Origin: Mobula hypostoma
Taxonomy: Eukaryota
DNA: 64,000 nucleotides
Direction: 5' to 3'
Assembly (NCBI RefSeq): GCF_963921235.1
Contig: NC_086109.1
Span: 10,666,001 to 10,730,000, forward strand
Below the pieces are notes generated by a model. That model had not been told where the DNA came from, did no database searches, and saw only the letters and a list, made by a program, of their open reading frames with translations. This document shows positions 24,130 through 36,770 of this stretch, one piece after another. The translations under genes were made by a program, and so were the position numbers. How positions within the stretch are numbered: position 1 is the stretch's first letter; the number at the start of each line of letters is the position of its first letter.

Positions 24130-24969
24130 TCAAAGTTCAAAGCAAAATTTATTATCAGTGCACATACACGTTACCACATACAACGCTGAGATTCTTTTTC
24201 TGCAGGAATACTTAGCAAAGCTATAGGACAGCAACCGTAGATTGTGAACATCAGGAACTGTAAGCTGGTAAACAAACTGTGCAAGTGCAGAGGTAAATAA
24301 CGAGCATGAAATAACAATATAACATCTATCAATATGATGGAGTCCTTAAATGAGCGTAGCTATCCCCTTTTGCTCAACAGTCTGATGGTTGAGGGGTAGT
24401 AACTGTTCTTGAACCTGGTGGTGCGAGTCCTGAGGCTCTTCTACCTGATGGGTGGTGAAGATCTTTGATGATGGATGCTGCTTTTCTATGACACCGTTTC
24501 GTGTAGATGTGCTCAATGGTTGGGAGGGTTTTACCCGTGATGTACTGGGCCGAATCCACTGCCTTTTGTAGGATCTTCCGCTCAAAGGCACCGGTGTTCC
24601 GATACCAGGCGGTAATGCAGCCAGTCAGCACACTTTCCACCACACATCTATCGAAGTCTGCCAAGGTTTTCGATGACGTGCCAAACCTCCTCAGACTCCT
24701 GAGGAAATTGAGGCGCTGCTGTACTTTCTTCACAATAATATTTATACGATAGGTCCCCTGAGAGAGTGGCACCCAGGAATTTAAAGTTACTGACCCTCTT
24801 CACCTCTGACCCTCTGATGACGACTAGCTTATGGGCCTTTGGTTTCCCTCCCCTGAAGTCTACAATCAGTTCCTTGGTCTTATTGACATTGAGAGAGAGG
24901 TTATGTTTTAACAGCACTCAGCCAAGTTTTGAATCTCCCTCCACTATGCTGATTCATCACCACCTTTAA
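24130..24969 (-). mobile_element. Rex1/Babar-type LINE (RT C-terminal part), continuing briefly at 28755-28773 past the CR1
   Basis: NLSLNVNKTKELIVDFR...FKFLG and FDRCVVESVLTGCITAWY...LQKAVDSAQYITG. Confidence 0.85.
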
Positions 24970-25068
24970 AGGGGTGTAAAGTGAGGGTAGAAGCAAAAAG
25001 TACTAAGGAGAAAAGTAAAAGTGGCAGGCCGACAAATCCAGGGCAAGCATTAAAAAGGGCCACTTTTC

Positions 25069-25794
25069 TTTTCTTTTTAAATCTTTTTATTGAGTAAGTA
25101 TACAAAAAAGGTAAGCCATATAAACATTAATACAATGTTAAAGTATAATAAAATTCCAAAAGATAACAATACCAAAAAGAAAATACTACAAACAATGTAA
25201 TTTAAGCATAAGAAACCAAGATAACATAATAGTATACTAAATTTTATATATATCAATGGAAAAAAAAGAAAAAAAAAACCCCCAAAAAAAACCCACCGTG
25301 CAGCTAACTAAAAGCAAGGCAAAGCAATGGGCTAACTTGAAACCAAACAGAGTTAAACTTAAAATCACGTCCTCAATCCCGACCTCCATTAAAAACAGTG
25401 AAAAAAAAAACAAGAAGGGTAAATATTACATTAAATGAAAATATCGAATAAAAGGTCCCCAAATCTGTTCAAATTTAAATGAAGAATCATAAAGGTTACT
25501 TCTAATTTTCTCCAAATTCAAACATAAAATCGTCTGAGAAAACCAAAAAAAGGTAGTTGGAGCATTAAGCTCTTTCCAATGTTGTAAAATACATCTTTTC
25601 GCCATTAAAGTAAGAAATGCAATCATTCTACGGGCTGAAGGGGAAAGATTACTAGAAATTTTAGGTAGTCCAAAGATAGCAGTAATAGGGTGAGGAGAGA
25701 TATCTATATTTAATACCTTAGAAATAATATTGAAAATATCTCTCCAAAAAGTTTCCAAAGTAGGGCAAGACCAAAACATATGAGTTAAAGAGGC
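25069..25794 (-). mobile_element. 5'-truncated L1/Tx1-clade LINE inserted in the CR1 upstream of its endonuclease domain
   Basis: 18-bp TSD taaaaagggccacttttc at 25051-25068 and 25795-25812; ORF 25426..25779 MFWSCPTLETFW...LEKIRS; aataaa and A-rich tail on the minus strand. Confidence 0.92.
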
Positions 25795-25862
25795 TAAAAA
25801 GGGCCACTTTTCAACATAATTGTATAAGGGCTAAGAGAGTTGTAAAAGAGCGCCTGAAGGCT

Positions 25863-28663
25863 TTGTCTGTCAATGCAAGGAGCATTCGTAACAAGGTGGA
25901 TGAATTGAAAGTGCAGATTGTTATTAATGATTATGATATAGTTGGGATCACAGAGACATGGCTCCAGGGTGACCAGGGATGGGAGCTCAACGTTCAGGGA
26001 TATTCAATATTCAGGAGGAATAGACATGAAGGAAGGGGAGGTGGGGGTTGGCGTTGCTGGTTAAAGAAGAGATTAACGCAATGGAAAGGAAGGACATAAG
26101 CCGGGAAGATGTGGAATCGATATGGGTAGAGCTGCGTAACACTAAGGGGCAGAAGACGCTGGTGGGAGTTGTGTACAGGCCACCTAACAGTAGTAGTGAG
26201 GTCGGAGATGGTATTAAACAGGAAATTAGAAATGTGTGCAATAAAGGAACAGCAGTTATAATGGGTGACTTCAATCTACATGTAGATTGGGTGAATCAAA
26301 TTGGTAAAGGTGCTGAGGAAAAGGATTTCTTGGAATGTATGCAGGATGGTTTTTTGAACCAACATGTCGAGGAACCAACTAGAGAGCAGGCTATTCTGGA
26401 CTGGGTTTTGAGCAATGAGGAAGGGTTAATTAGCAATCTTGTCGTGAGAGGCCCCTTGGGTAAGAGTGACCATAATATGGTGGAATTCTTCATTAAGATG
26501 GAGAGTGACATAGTTAACTCAGAAACAAAGGTTCTGAACTTAAAGAGGGGTAACTTTGAAGGTATGAGACGTGAATTAGCTGAGATAGACTGGCAAATGA
26601 CACTTAAAGGATTGACGGTGGATATGCAATGGCAAGCATTTAAAGGTTGCATGGATGAACTACAACAATTGCTCATCCCAGTTTGGCAAAAGAATAAATC
26701 AAGGAAGGTAGTGCACCCGTGGCTGACAAGAGAAATTAGGGATAGTATCAATTCCAAAGAAGAAGCATACAAATTAGCCAGAGAAAGTGGCTCACCTGAG
26801 GACTGGGAGAAATTCAGAGTTCAGCAGAGGAGGACAAAGGGCTTAATTAGGAAGGGGAAAAAAGATTATGAGAGAAAACTGGCAGGGAACATAAAAACGG
26901 ACCGTAAAAGCTTTTATAGATATGTAAAAAGGAAAAGACTGGTAAAGACAAATGTAGGTCCCCTGCAGACAGAAACAGGTGAATTGATTATGGGGAGCAA
27001 GGACATGGCAGACCAATTGAATAATTACTTTGGTTCTGTCTTCACTAAGGAGGACATAAATAATCTTCCAGAAATAGTAGGGGACAGAGGGTCCAGTGAG
27101 ATGGAGGAACTGAGCGAAATACATGTTAGTAGGGAAGTGGTGTTAGGTAAATTGAAGGGATTGAAGGCAGATAAATCCCCAGGGCCAGATGGTCTGCATC
27201 CTAGAGTGCTTAAGGAAGTAGCCCAAGAAATAATGGATGCATTAGTGATAATTTTTCAAAACTCGTTAGATTCTGGACTAGTTCCTGAGGATTGGAGGGT
27301 GGCTAATGTAACTCCACTTTTTAAAAAAGGAGGGAGAGAGAAACCGGGGAATTATAGACCGGTTAGCCTAACGTTGGTGGTGGGGAAAATGCTGGAGTCA
27401 GTTATCAAGGATGTGATAACAGCACATTTGGAAAGCGGTGAAATGATCGGACAAAGTCAGCATGGATTTGTGAAAGGAAAATCATGTCTGACGAATCTCA
27501 TAGAATTTTTTGAGGATGTAACTAGTAGAGTGGATAGGGGAGACCCAGTGGATGTGATATATTTGGATTTTCAAAAGGCTTTTGACAAGGTCCCACACAG
27601 GAGATTAGTGTGCAAACTTAAAGCACACGCTATTGGGGGTAAGGTATTGGTGTGGGTGGAGAATTGGTTAGCAGACAGGAAGCAAAGAGTGGAAATAAAC
27701 GGGACCTTTTCAGAATGGCAGGCGGTGACTAGTGGGGTACCACAAGGCTCAGTGCTGGGACCCCAGTTGTTTACAATATATATTAATGAATTGGATGAGG
27801 GAATTAAATGCAGCATCTCCAAGTTTGCGGATGACACGAAGCTGGGTGGCAGTGTTAGCTGTGAGGAGGATGCTAAGAGGATGCAGGGTGACTTGGATAG
27901 GTTGGGTGAGTGGGCAAATTCATGGCAGATGCAATTTAATGTGGATAAATGTGAAGTTATCCACTTTGGTGGCAAAAATAGGAAAACAGATTATTATCTG
28001 AATGGTGGCCGATTAGGAAAAGGGGGGGTGCAACGAGACCTGGGTGTCATTATACACCAGTCATTGAAAGTGGGCATGCAGGTACAGCAGGCGGTGAAAA
28101 AGGCGAATGGTATGCTGGCATTTATAGCGAGAGGATTCGAGTACAGGAGCAGGGAGGTACTACTGCAGTTGTACAAGGCCTTGGTGAGACCACACCTGGA
28201 GTATTGTGTGCAGTTTTGGTCCCCTAATCTGAGGAAAGACATCCTTGCCTTAGAGGGAGTACAAAGAAGGTTCACCAGATTGATTCCTGGGATGGCAGGA
28301 CTTTCATATGAAGAAAGACTGGATGAACTGGGCTTGTACTCGTTGGAATTTAGAAGATTGAGGGGGGATCTGATTGAAACGTATAAGATCCTAAAGGGAT
28401 TGGACAGGCTAGATGCAGGAAGATTGTTCCCGATGTTGGGGAAGTCCAGAACGAGGTGCCACAGTTTGAGGATAAAGGGGAAGCCTTTTAGGACCGAGAT
28501 TAGGAAAAACTTCTTCACACAGAGAGTGGTGAATCTGTGGAATTCTCTGCCACAGGAAACAGTTGAGGCCAGTTCATTGGCTAGATTTAAGAGGGAGTTA
28601 GATATGGCCCTTGTGGTTACGGGGGTCAGGGGGTATGGAGGGAAGGCTGGGGTGGGGTTCTGA
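25863..28663 (+). CDS. CR1 ORF2 (APE endonuclease + reverse transcriptase), with one frameshift in the G-rich run near 26040
   Basis: VNARSIRNK...GITETW (frame 25863..26099), then VYRPP, MGDFN, SDHN, KSPGPDG, YRPVSL, QHGF, DFQKAFDKVPH, GVPQGSVLGP and FADD in 26048..28663. Confidence 0.92.
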
Positions 28664-29492
28664 GTTGGATGATCAGCCATGATCATAATAAATGGCGGTG
28701 CAGGCTCGAAGGGCCGAATGGCCTACTCCTGCACCTATTTTCTATGTTTCTATGTTTAATACAGCCCATAACATTACTATTATTATTATTATTATTAATT
28801 TGTATTTGCACATTGCTTGCTTATCAGTCTTTGTGTTTAGTTTTTCATTGATTCCATTGTACTTCTTTGCTCTACTGTGAATGCCCGCAGGAAAATGAAT
28901 CTCAGGACAGTGAGTGATGACATACACGTACTTTGATAATAAATTTACTTTGAGCTTTCAGTTTTGAGGAAGTAATCTCAAGAAAACTCCTCCCAAAGTC
29001 CAGAAAGCTTTGCCCACAGTTTCTGACCAACACGAGGCATCATTGCACAAGCTTAATTTTGTCTTACGTTGTCTTCACAAAGTCTTACTTTATTTCTGCC
29101 TGCTTAGTTTTAACTTCATCAAAATACATATTAATGCATGATAGAAAAATGAAGATGGGAAGGGGCAGATTGATCTTAAAGTAGGTTAGAAGGTCAGGAC
29201 AACATCATGAGCTGAAGAGCCTTTATTGTGCTGTAAAGTTCTATGTTTGAACTTGATTAAGTGTGTTGCAGGTTTCTGTTGTCCTGGTGTTGTCCAAAAC
29301 CTTGCATGTTAAAGTGGAAATTATATTGCAAGGTGGTTTGACGAGGAGGAGAATGAGAAGAAGGAGACGAGAGAATTAAGACAGATAATGGTATGAATGT
29401 TGAGAGAGAAGACGAATAGATTATTTATTAGATAAGTTTAAAGTCACAGCAAGCAAACCGTCAAGGGTGTTAAATATGTCAGCAAGACTCAC

Positions 29493-29718
29493 TAGGTCCA
29501 CACCTTCCTCTCTGAAGTTTGTGGTTCAAGATCCTTTCTCAGCACATAATCTAAACTGACACTTCTAGACTGAAAGCTTCTTGAACTGTGCAGCCTTTTG
29601 GATGAGGTGTTAATTTGAGGGGCTGACACCATGGATATTAAAGATTCTATGGTTTGGTTGGAAGAGATAGAACTGATATCAGGCAAACACGTTAAATGAT
29701 CACTCTCACAGCTGGTCC
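29493..29718 (-). other. Candidate internal coding exon (Ser-rich) of an unidentified gene
   Basis: Non-repetitive; acceptor tgtttgtag| and donor |gtgagt; open frame TSCESDHLTCLPDISS...LEPQTSERKVWT. Confidence 0.35.
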
Positions 29719-31322
29719 CTACAAACATGTTTTTGTACTAACTACATGATAACAGCTCAAAGTACAGAGTCATCACGCTCTAAGGATGTAAAAGAATAAT
29801 GTACCAGCTTGGGCTTTTTTCTTAAATCGCTTCACAATTGAACGGCACATTGCGTGATTCTTTACCGTTTGCTGACCTCAAAAAAAACACCAACTTCCAC
29901 TTTTATTTGTATTTCTATAACAGAAAGTAGGCTTTAAAAAATCCACACTACAAATGCAATGCTCTATTTCTTTTATTTCTGTAGGACATTAATCTAACAA
30001 AGGACTCCTGGCTCTTTCAATGATTCTGATATTCGAAAGCCTTTCGTGATATCACTGTTAATATTAACTGACGGAGGAAGAAAGGTCAAGGATCAAAGGT
30101 CAACTTTATTCACCATATACATTTACATGTGTTAGGAATTTGCTGTGCTGGTGTTAGTCAGGGCACGACATACAATAGACAACAACATTCAAAAATTATA
30201 AAGAATAAAAAATTACAAAGAAATGAAATCATTGGTATGAAACAAAATATGCATAAATAAATAAATACCAGCATGTATGTGCAATGCAGACAGCATTATA
30301 ATAAGTGTTTTAAAGTGTTTAAAGTGCAGTACAGTGTCTGAGGTAATAGAGGGGATTGGGGATGGCCAACTAGAGTGGTTGATCAGATAACTGCCTGGGG
30401 GGAAGAAACTTTTAGGATGGCGTGTACTTTATGTTTTAATAGCCCTACAGCGCTTTCTTGAAGGGAGCTTTTGGAAAAGGCAGTTTGCAGGGTGGGTAGT
30501 GTCTGCAATGATTTTTCCTGCCCACTTCTTTGTCCTGGACCTTTGCAAGTCCAGCAGTGATGATAGACTACAGTCAATGAAGAATTAGGTTTCACAAAAA
30601 TAACTTAATCTGCTTTGGAAAATTCATTGACCCAGAAGTTCCAGTGAGTTGGAAATTCCCTCTGAAGAAAGAGACCAAATATTAGTTAGGCTCTTGTTCT
30701 ATAAAATCTTGTTTCTCAGACCCAGTCATGAGGCAGCTCCTCCACCACCATTTAAACCTGAGGGTTAGATTTTGTCTTTGTTTATGTACAATATGTCTGC
30801 AAAAGCGGCTTTAAAAGGGTTGGCTTGTTGTACACTGAAAGCAGAAACCTAGTCATTCAATTTAGTGGTTCACTGATTGAAGTAATTGAACATTTATTTA
30901 AGTTGCATCGTGAAATCGAGCCAAAAGCCAAAGAAAATATATAATTACAGCTATGGTGAATACCTTTCCACGTCTCCATTTTTGTGCCTGGATTATACAG
31001 AGTGAATTGAGGTCAATTTTAGGGCAGGCATCTCTATTACTGGAAATGCTTTAGATAATTCATCACCTATTTTGGTAACATAACTTGGAGATAAATATTT
31101 TTCTGAAAAAAACACTGATCCAGGAAATAACTGCTTAAGGCTCCTGCGATTTGCCCATCTGGTTTCAGTTCGCTGAGTTATCAGGGAGCCTTTTGCTGAA
31201 AAGGTTCAGGCCATGGTGAGTTCTGTGCATGTCACCCTGCACTACTGGGGAATATAGGAGTCACTGAAAATGGAAATGAACAAGGGGAACTATCAGTTTA
31301 TCTATTTACTTATCAGCTAGAT

Positions 31323-31620
31323 ACAAAGTGCTGGGGGAACTCAACAGGTCAGGCAGCATCGCTGGAGGGAAATGGACAGTTGACATTCTGAGTCAAGACC
31401 CTGCAGATAAAGGGTCTTGATCCAAAATATCAACTGCCTACTGTCCTCCATAGCTTCTCCACCATTTTTTGCATTGCTCCAGATTCCAGAAGGGTTTCAC
31501 CCTAAAACGTTGACTGTTTATTCATTTCCACAGATGCTGCCTTTCCTGCTGAGTTCCTTCTGCCTTTTGTGTGTGTTGCTCTGGATTTTCCAGCCTCTGC
31601 AGGATCTCTTGTGTTTGTGA
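31323..31620. mobile_element. Penelope-pLTR-derived units: one inverted and two tandem copies
   Basis: cagttgacattctgagtcaagaccct is mirrored by agggtcttgatccaaaatatcaactg; a third copy starts at ~31490 (agggtttcaccctaaaacgttgactg). Confidence 0.7.
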
Positions 31621-32209
31621 ACAGCAGTCACTTGTGTCTCCTATACACTTTCCAGCTTCGTGTTTGTTCTTTTGTGCACACAGATATACTGCATCGTACA
31701 TTGGCATGCACCAGGTTTTGGTTTACTGCAGTTAAAGCCTGTGTGGTTTCTTCCATAGCCCACTTGAATTCACTTCTGGAGCACACTTGTAATCACATAT
31801 ACCTTTGATATATGGCCACTTTATTAGGTGCACCTGTACATTTGTTAATTAATGCAAATATCTAATCAGCCAATCATATGACAGCAACTCAATGCATAAA
31901 AGCATGTGGACACGGACAAAAGGTTCACTGGTTGTTCAGACGAAACATCAGAATGAGGGAAGAAATGTGATTCATGTGACTTTGAGCGTGGAATGATTGT
32001 TGGTGCCAGACATGATGACTTCAGTATCTCTGAACCTGCTGTTCTCCTAGGACTTTCACACACAGCTGTCTCTAGAATTTACAGAGAATGATGTGAAAAG
32101 CAAAAAACATTCAACAAGCAGTAGTTCTGTGGGCAAAAATGCCTTGATAATGAGAGAGATTAGAGGGGGGTGGTCAGATGGGTTCAAGCCAACAGGAAAG
32201 TGAGAGTAA

Positions 32210-33401
32210 AGGCTGATTTATACTTGCGCATACGGGCTACGCCATAGCCTATGCCGTAGGCCTGATTTATAGACAATAGACAATAGGTGCAGGAGTAGGC
32301 CATTCGGCCCTTCGAGCCAGCACCGTCATTCACCATGATCATGGCTGATCATCCACTATCAGTATCCAGTTCCTGCCTTATCCCCATAACCTTTGATTCC
32401 GCTATCTTTAAGAGCTCTATCCATCTCTTTTTTGAAAGCATCCAGAGACTTGGCCTCCACTGCCTTCTGGGGCAGAGCATTCCATATATCCACCACTCTC
32501 TGGGTGAAAAAGTTTCTCCTCAACACCGTTCTAAATGGCCTACCCCTAATTCTTAAACTGTGGCCTCTGGTTCTGGACTCATCCATCAGCGGGAACATGC
32601 TTCCTGCCTCCAGCATGTCCAATCCCTTAATAATCTTATATGTTTCAATAAGATCCCCACTCAGCCTTCTAAATTCCAGAGTCTACAAGCCCAGTCGCTC
32701 CAATCTTTCAACATATGACAGTCCCGCCATCCCAGGAATTAACCTTGTGAACCTACGCCGCACTCCCTCAATGGCAAGAATGTCCTTCCTCAAATTTGGA
32801 GACCAAAACTGCACACAGTACTCCAGGTGTGGTCTCACCAGGGCCCTGTACAGCTGCAGAAGGACCTCTTTGCTCTTATACTCAATTCCCCTTGTTATGA
32901 AGGCCAGCATGCCATTAGCTTTCTTCACTGCCCGCCGTACTTGCATGCTCGCTTTCAGAGACTAATGTACAAGAACACCTATACCTTTGCGTAGCCCTGT
33001 GCCATAGCGAGCATGCGTAATTGTGTCTGCGTCACTCTGCAATTCACCACCAAAACGCTAGTCGGCGGTGGGGTTTCTGTGCCACTGTGTTGAGTTTCTT
33101 CATGAGAGACATGGACGAGGAAGTGCATTTCAAATATTTTCGGATGTCGGCAGGTAGATTTGACGATTTGGTTCATCGTCTCCAACCATTTATTTCGGCT
33201 CAGTGTACAGACATGGCGGAGAAAAGCAACCAGAAATGCGTAGGAGGAAATGCGATGCTACCAAGTGGACCAATCACAGTTGTTGCAGTCTGCGTCGCCG
33301 CGATGTGTGAGTTACATTTTTGGGGAGGTGCACGTCACCCTACCACGTAGGGTATGGCAGTACCTACGGCATACATTTGACACAGAAGTATAAATTGGGC
33401 T
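32210..33401 (+). mobile_element. PIF/Harbinger non-autonomous element
   Basis: TIRs aggctgatttatactt / aagtataaattgggct (13/16 match); TAA TSD (32207-32209, 33402-33404); transposase relic DEEVHFKYFRMSAGRFDDLVHRLQPFI. Confidence 0.85.
32271..32980 (-). mobile_element. 5'-truncated CR1 inside the Harbinger element
   Basis: (ctattgt)n tail and KKANGMLAFITRGIEYKSKEVLLQLYRALVRPHLEYCVQFWSP. Confidence 0.92.
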
Positions 33402-34669
33402 TAACTCAAATAATTACACATTTCAACAGTGTTGTGCAGAAGAGCATCTTTGAATGCACAAAACATTGAACCTTGAAGCAAAAGAAGACTATGATCATAC
33501 ACTCACTGGTCACTTTATTGGGTATAGGAGGTATCTAATAAAGTGGCATCTGAGTATTTTTTATCAATAACTGATGTGGTATTGTCCGTTATGTTGCATA
33601 AGTTCTGAGAATCTTAGTGCATCATGCCAACTTTCACAATATTCTCAAGTTTTCTTTCTTTCTGTTTTATCATTGACGGGTTGAATTCATTTGCATTCAT
33701 TTTCAGTCCAAAGCAAATTATTTCCTTTTGAGTGACTACACATTTACTTCTGAGCTTTATATTGCTGTTGTTTGAACAAATTTCCTATTTGTAGAGTCTC
33801 TTCTGGGTTTTTTTTTGTTTATTTACACATCAAATTGATTGCAATAATCTCTTGTATCTAGTTCCTTGTAGTCTGAAAAATCTTGGTGGTGATTTGAACG
33901 AACAAACCCAAAATTCAGATTTATTTATCATGTGCACGTCGAAATATACAGTGAAATGTCTCATTTGCATTAACAACCAACACAGTCAAGGGTATGCTGG
34001 GGGCAGCCTGCAGATGTCGACTCCTGGGGAAGGAGTAAGCCCCAAGGGAAAATTTCAGAGCTGGAGTCCCAAGGCAGTCCTACATTGACTACCAATTCCT
34101 GCGATACCACTGGCATCAAACTGTATCCACCTCTGCCGTTCCTTTGGGTTCATCAGAGGTGTGGAGAGGGGGAGCTTGCTGCATGGGCAACAGCTTGCTC
34201 TCCATATCATACTGCCAAGGCTTGTGTATCTAGACAGTCAGATGCAATATCCATGGTTGGCCCTGACCAATGGAGGCCTCACTCACTCACACAGTCATAT
34301 ACACACACTCATATCTGATTATACTGTATACATATACCCTCAGTGGCCGCTTTATTAGATACACCTGTTCGCAGCTTGTTAATGCAAATATCTAACCAAC
34401 CAATCATGTGACAGCAACTCAATGCATCAATGCATGCTGGCGTTGATTGCACAGCTAAACAGACATTTAGATTGCCTCTGAAAATTTAAGTTACTCTGGA
34501 AACAACTGTTTAGCTTGGATGATTTTTGGGAAAGCACAACAAAAACAGTTCACAGTCAGAATCAGAATCATGTTTATTATCACTGAGATATGTCATGAAA
34601 TTTGTTGTTTTGTGACAATAGTACAGTGCAATGCATGAAACGTATTATAAATTACAATAAGGATACATA

Positions 34670-35170
34670 CAGTGGATCTGGTTAATTAGGACACCTTGAG
34701 TCCAGTACATTTTGGCTCAATTAAGCAGCTATCCCAATTAGCTGAAGTTTCTTGGAAATAGCTAAAAAGGTATATAAAAAAGACAAACAACACACATCAA
34801 AGTTGCTGGTGAACGCAGCAGGCCAGGCAGCATCTCTAGGAAGAGGTGCAGTCGACGTTTCAGGCCGAGACCCTTCGTCAAAAAGACAAACTGAGAAACA
34901 AATTATGCATTTAAATGAATGCAGAACAAATGAGAACACTGCCAAACCTTCTACAGTACGATAAAACTGTGCATTAGTTCCTAATGCTTATCAACCGAGA
35001 AATTCATCCATGTCATGTTCTTTTGACTGTAAATGCACAAAATCATGGATTGACTTCATGCAATGCTGTCAACAACTGCATCCTCCAAATTTTTGTTTTC
35101 ATTGTAACATTCAAGATGATTGTCGATACCTTCAAAGTCTTCGTATTTCCTAAATTTTTGAAGGAGTGAA
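34670..35170. mobile_element. Tigger/pogo-like non-autonomous element fragment (same family as 49453-50198)
   Basis: ta-cagtggatctggttaattaggacac terminus; shared internal YEDFEGIDNHLECYNE-type relic on the minus strand. Confidence 0.6.
34789..34879 (-). mobile_element. 91-bp Penelope-pLTR-derived insert starting inside the hammerhead core
   Basis: 12-bp TSD aaaaagacaaac at 34777-34788 and 34880-34891; minus strand gacgaagggtctcggcctgaaacgtcgactg.... Confidence 0.88.
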
Positions 35171-35201
35171 ATATACACACACATACCCCTACCTATAAAA
35201 A

Positions 35202-35203
<2 letters not shown>

Positions 35204-35252
<49 letters not shown>
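35204..35252. repeat. (GT)n microsatellite
   Basis: Perfect GT run. Confidence 0.95.
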
Positions 35253-35253
<1 letters not shown>

Positions 35254-36239
35254 ATGTGCATGCATGTCCACATACACTTATATCTTGCTCACTGGATTTT
35301 TTTTGTTTATCACACAGTTCTCAGTAAACTCTAGAGACTATTGCATGTGAGAATACCAGGAGACAAGCGGTTTCTGAGATACTCAAACTACCCTATCTGG
35401 CACCAACAATCATTCCATGGTTAAGTCACTTAGATCACATTTCTTCCTCAATTTGACATTTGGTCTGAACAACAGCTAAACCTCTTGACCATGCCTGCAT
35501 GCTTTTGTGCATTGAGTAGCTGCCACATGATATACTGATTAGATATTTGGATCAATGAGCAAGTGTATAGATGTACCTAATAAAGTGGCCACTGGGTGTT
35601 ATGTGTGAGATGAAATGATCTGCATGGATGTTCTGCAAAATAATGTTTTCACTGTAAATTGGTTAAATGTGTGAAAACAAACCAACTTACCAATAAACAG
35701 ACCACCTCAAACCTGCCCTGCTTTTCATCTTGTCACACTTGGTGTAAGAGGTGCGGGAGTCCACTTCCCCCATTATTCACAGCAGCTCTGTGACTGTGAA
35801 CATTTCTTCCTGTAGCTTATTGTAGAAGTTCCCTTCTGTCAGAAACCACATCAAAAGATGACTAACAACCTTGGCTTTAGACATGCAGAAAGAGATTACA
35901 TGGCCTTTTCTCTGCTAACTAAACCTTTATCTAATACCCCCACTACTTCATTGCACTGTAAACATTTTAAACCATTTTTATAATGCTTTTTTACATTGCA
36001 ATTACATGCTGGTATTTATGCACATTTTATTCCATGTCCACACTTTAACCTCTAACTTTACTTTTTATACAGTTCATTTTTTTTATAATCGTTGAATATT
36101 GTTTTTTCTTGTTGCATGTCACACCCTCGCCAACACACCTCAGCAACTTCCTACTACCTGCAAGTGTATAACTTTTGGCAAATGAAGTCAATCCATGATC
36201 CTCGATGGCTTCTCTTTCCTGTGTAACAAGAGCATGTGC

Positions 36240-36770
36240 TTATGTCGGTCCACGGCCTCCTTCGCTGTCACAATGAGGCCACTCTCAGGTTGGAGGAGGA
36301 ACACTTTATATTCTGACTGGGTAGCCTCCAACCTGATGTCATAAACTTTGATTTCTCCAGCTTCTGGTAATTTTTTTCCTTCTCCTTCCCTCTTCTTCAT
36401 TTCCCCACTCTGGCCCTTCTCTTATTTCTTTCTCTTCTTTTCATGTGCTTGCCACCCACCCCCCCCCCGCCCCCAGGCACCTCTCCTCCTCCTTCCCTTT
36501 CTCCTATGATCCACCCTCCTCTCTTATCAGATTCCACCTCCCCAGCCTTTTCCATCAATCATCACCCAGCTTCTTACTTCATTCCCCCCGCCCCCACCCA
36601 CCTGGCTTCACCGATCACCTACTAGCTTGTGCTCCTTCCCCTTCTTATGCTGGCTTCTGCCCCCTTCCATTCCAGTCCTGTTGGAGGGTCTCAGGCCAAA
36701 TCATCAACTGTTTATTCATTTCCATTGACGCTGCCTGATCTGCAGATTTCCTCCAGCGTTTTGTGCGTGA
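36240..36770 (+). mobile_element. Penelope-like 3' remnant (GIY-YIG C-terminus plus pLTR)
   Basis: MSVHGLLRCHNEATLRLEEEHFIF*LGSLQPDVINFDFS; degenerate hammerhead motif at ~36673-36710. Confidence 0.8.

Larger units (their letters stand above)
24970..28757 (+). mobile_element. CR1 LINE with near-complete ORF2 and 3' tail (tctatgtt)n
   Basis: APE endonuclease plus RT; 3' end gggccgaatggcctactcctgcacctattttctatgtttctatgttt; possible tttaa TSD (24965-24969 and 28755-28759). Confidence 0.95.
31810..33557 (+). mobile_element. Tc1-like non-autonomous element with transposase N-terminal (HTH) remnant; hosts a Harbinger element
   Basis: Termini tggccactttattagg / ctaataaagtggc; KKCDSCDFERGMIVGAR...SISEPAVLLGLSHTAVSRIYRE. 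Confidence 0.8.

Noticed and set aside
26296..28686. Long minus-strand ORFs (158, 134, 230 aa) and similar ORFs opposite other CR1 copies
   Set aside because: Antisense shadows of CR1 ORF2.
29983..30084. Plus-strand exon after a strong pyrimidine tract and AG
   Set aside because: All three frames contain stops and the donor is poor.
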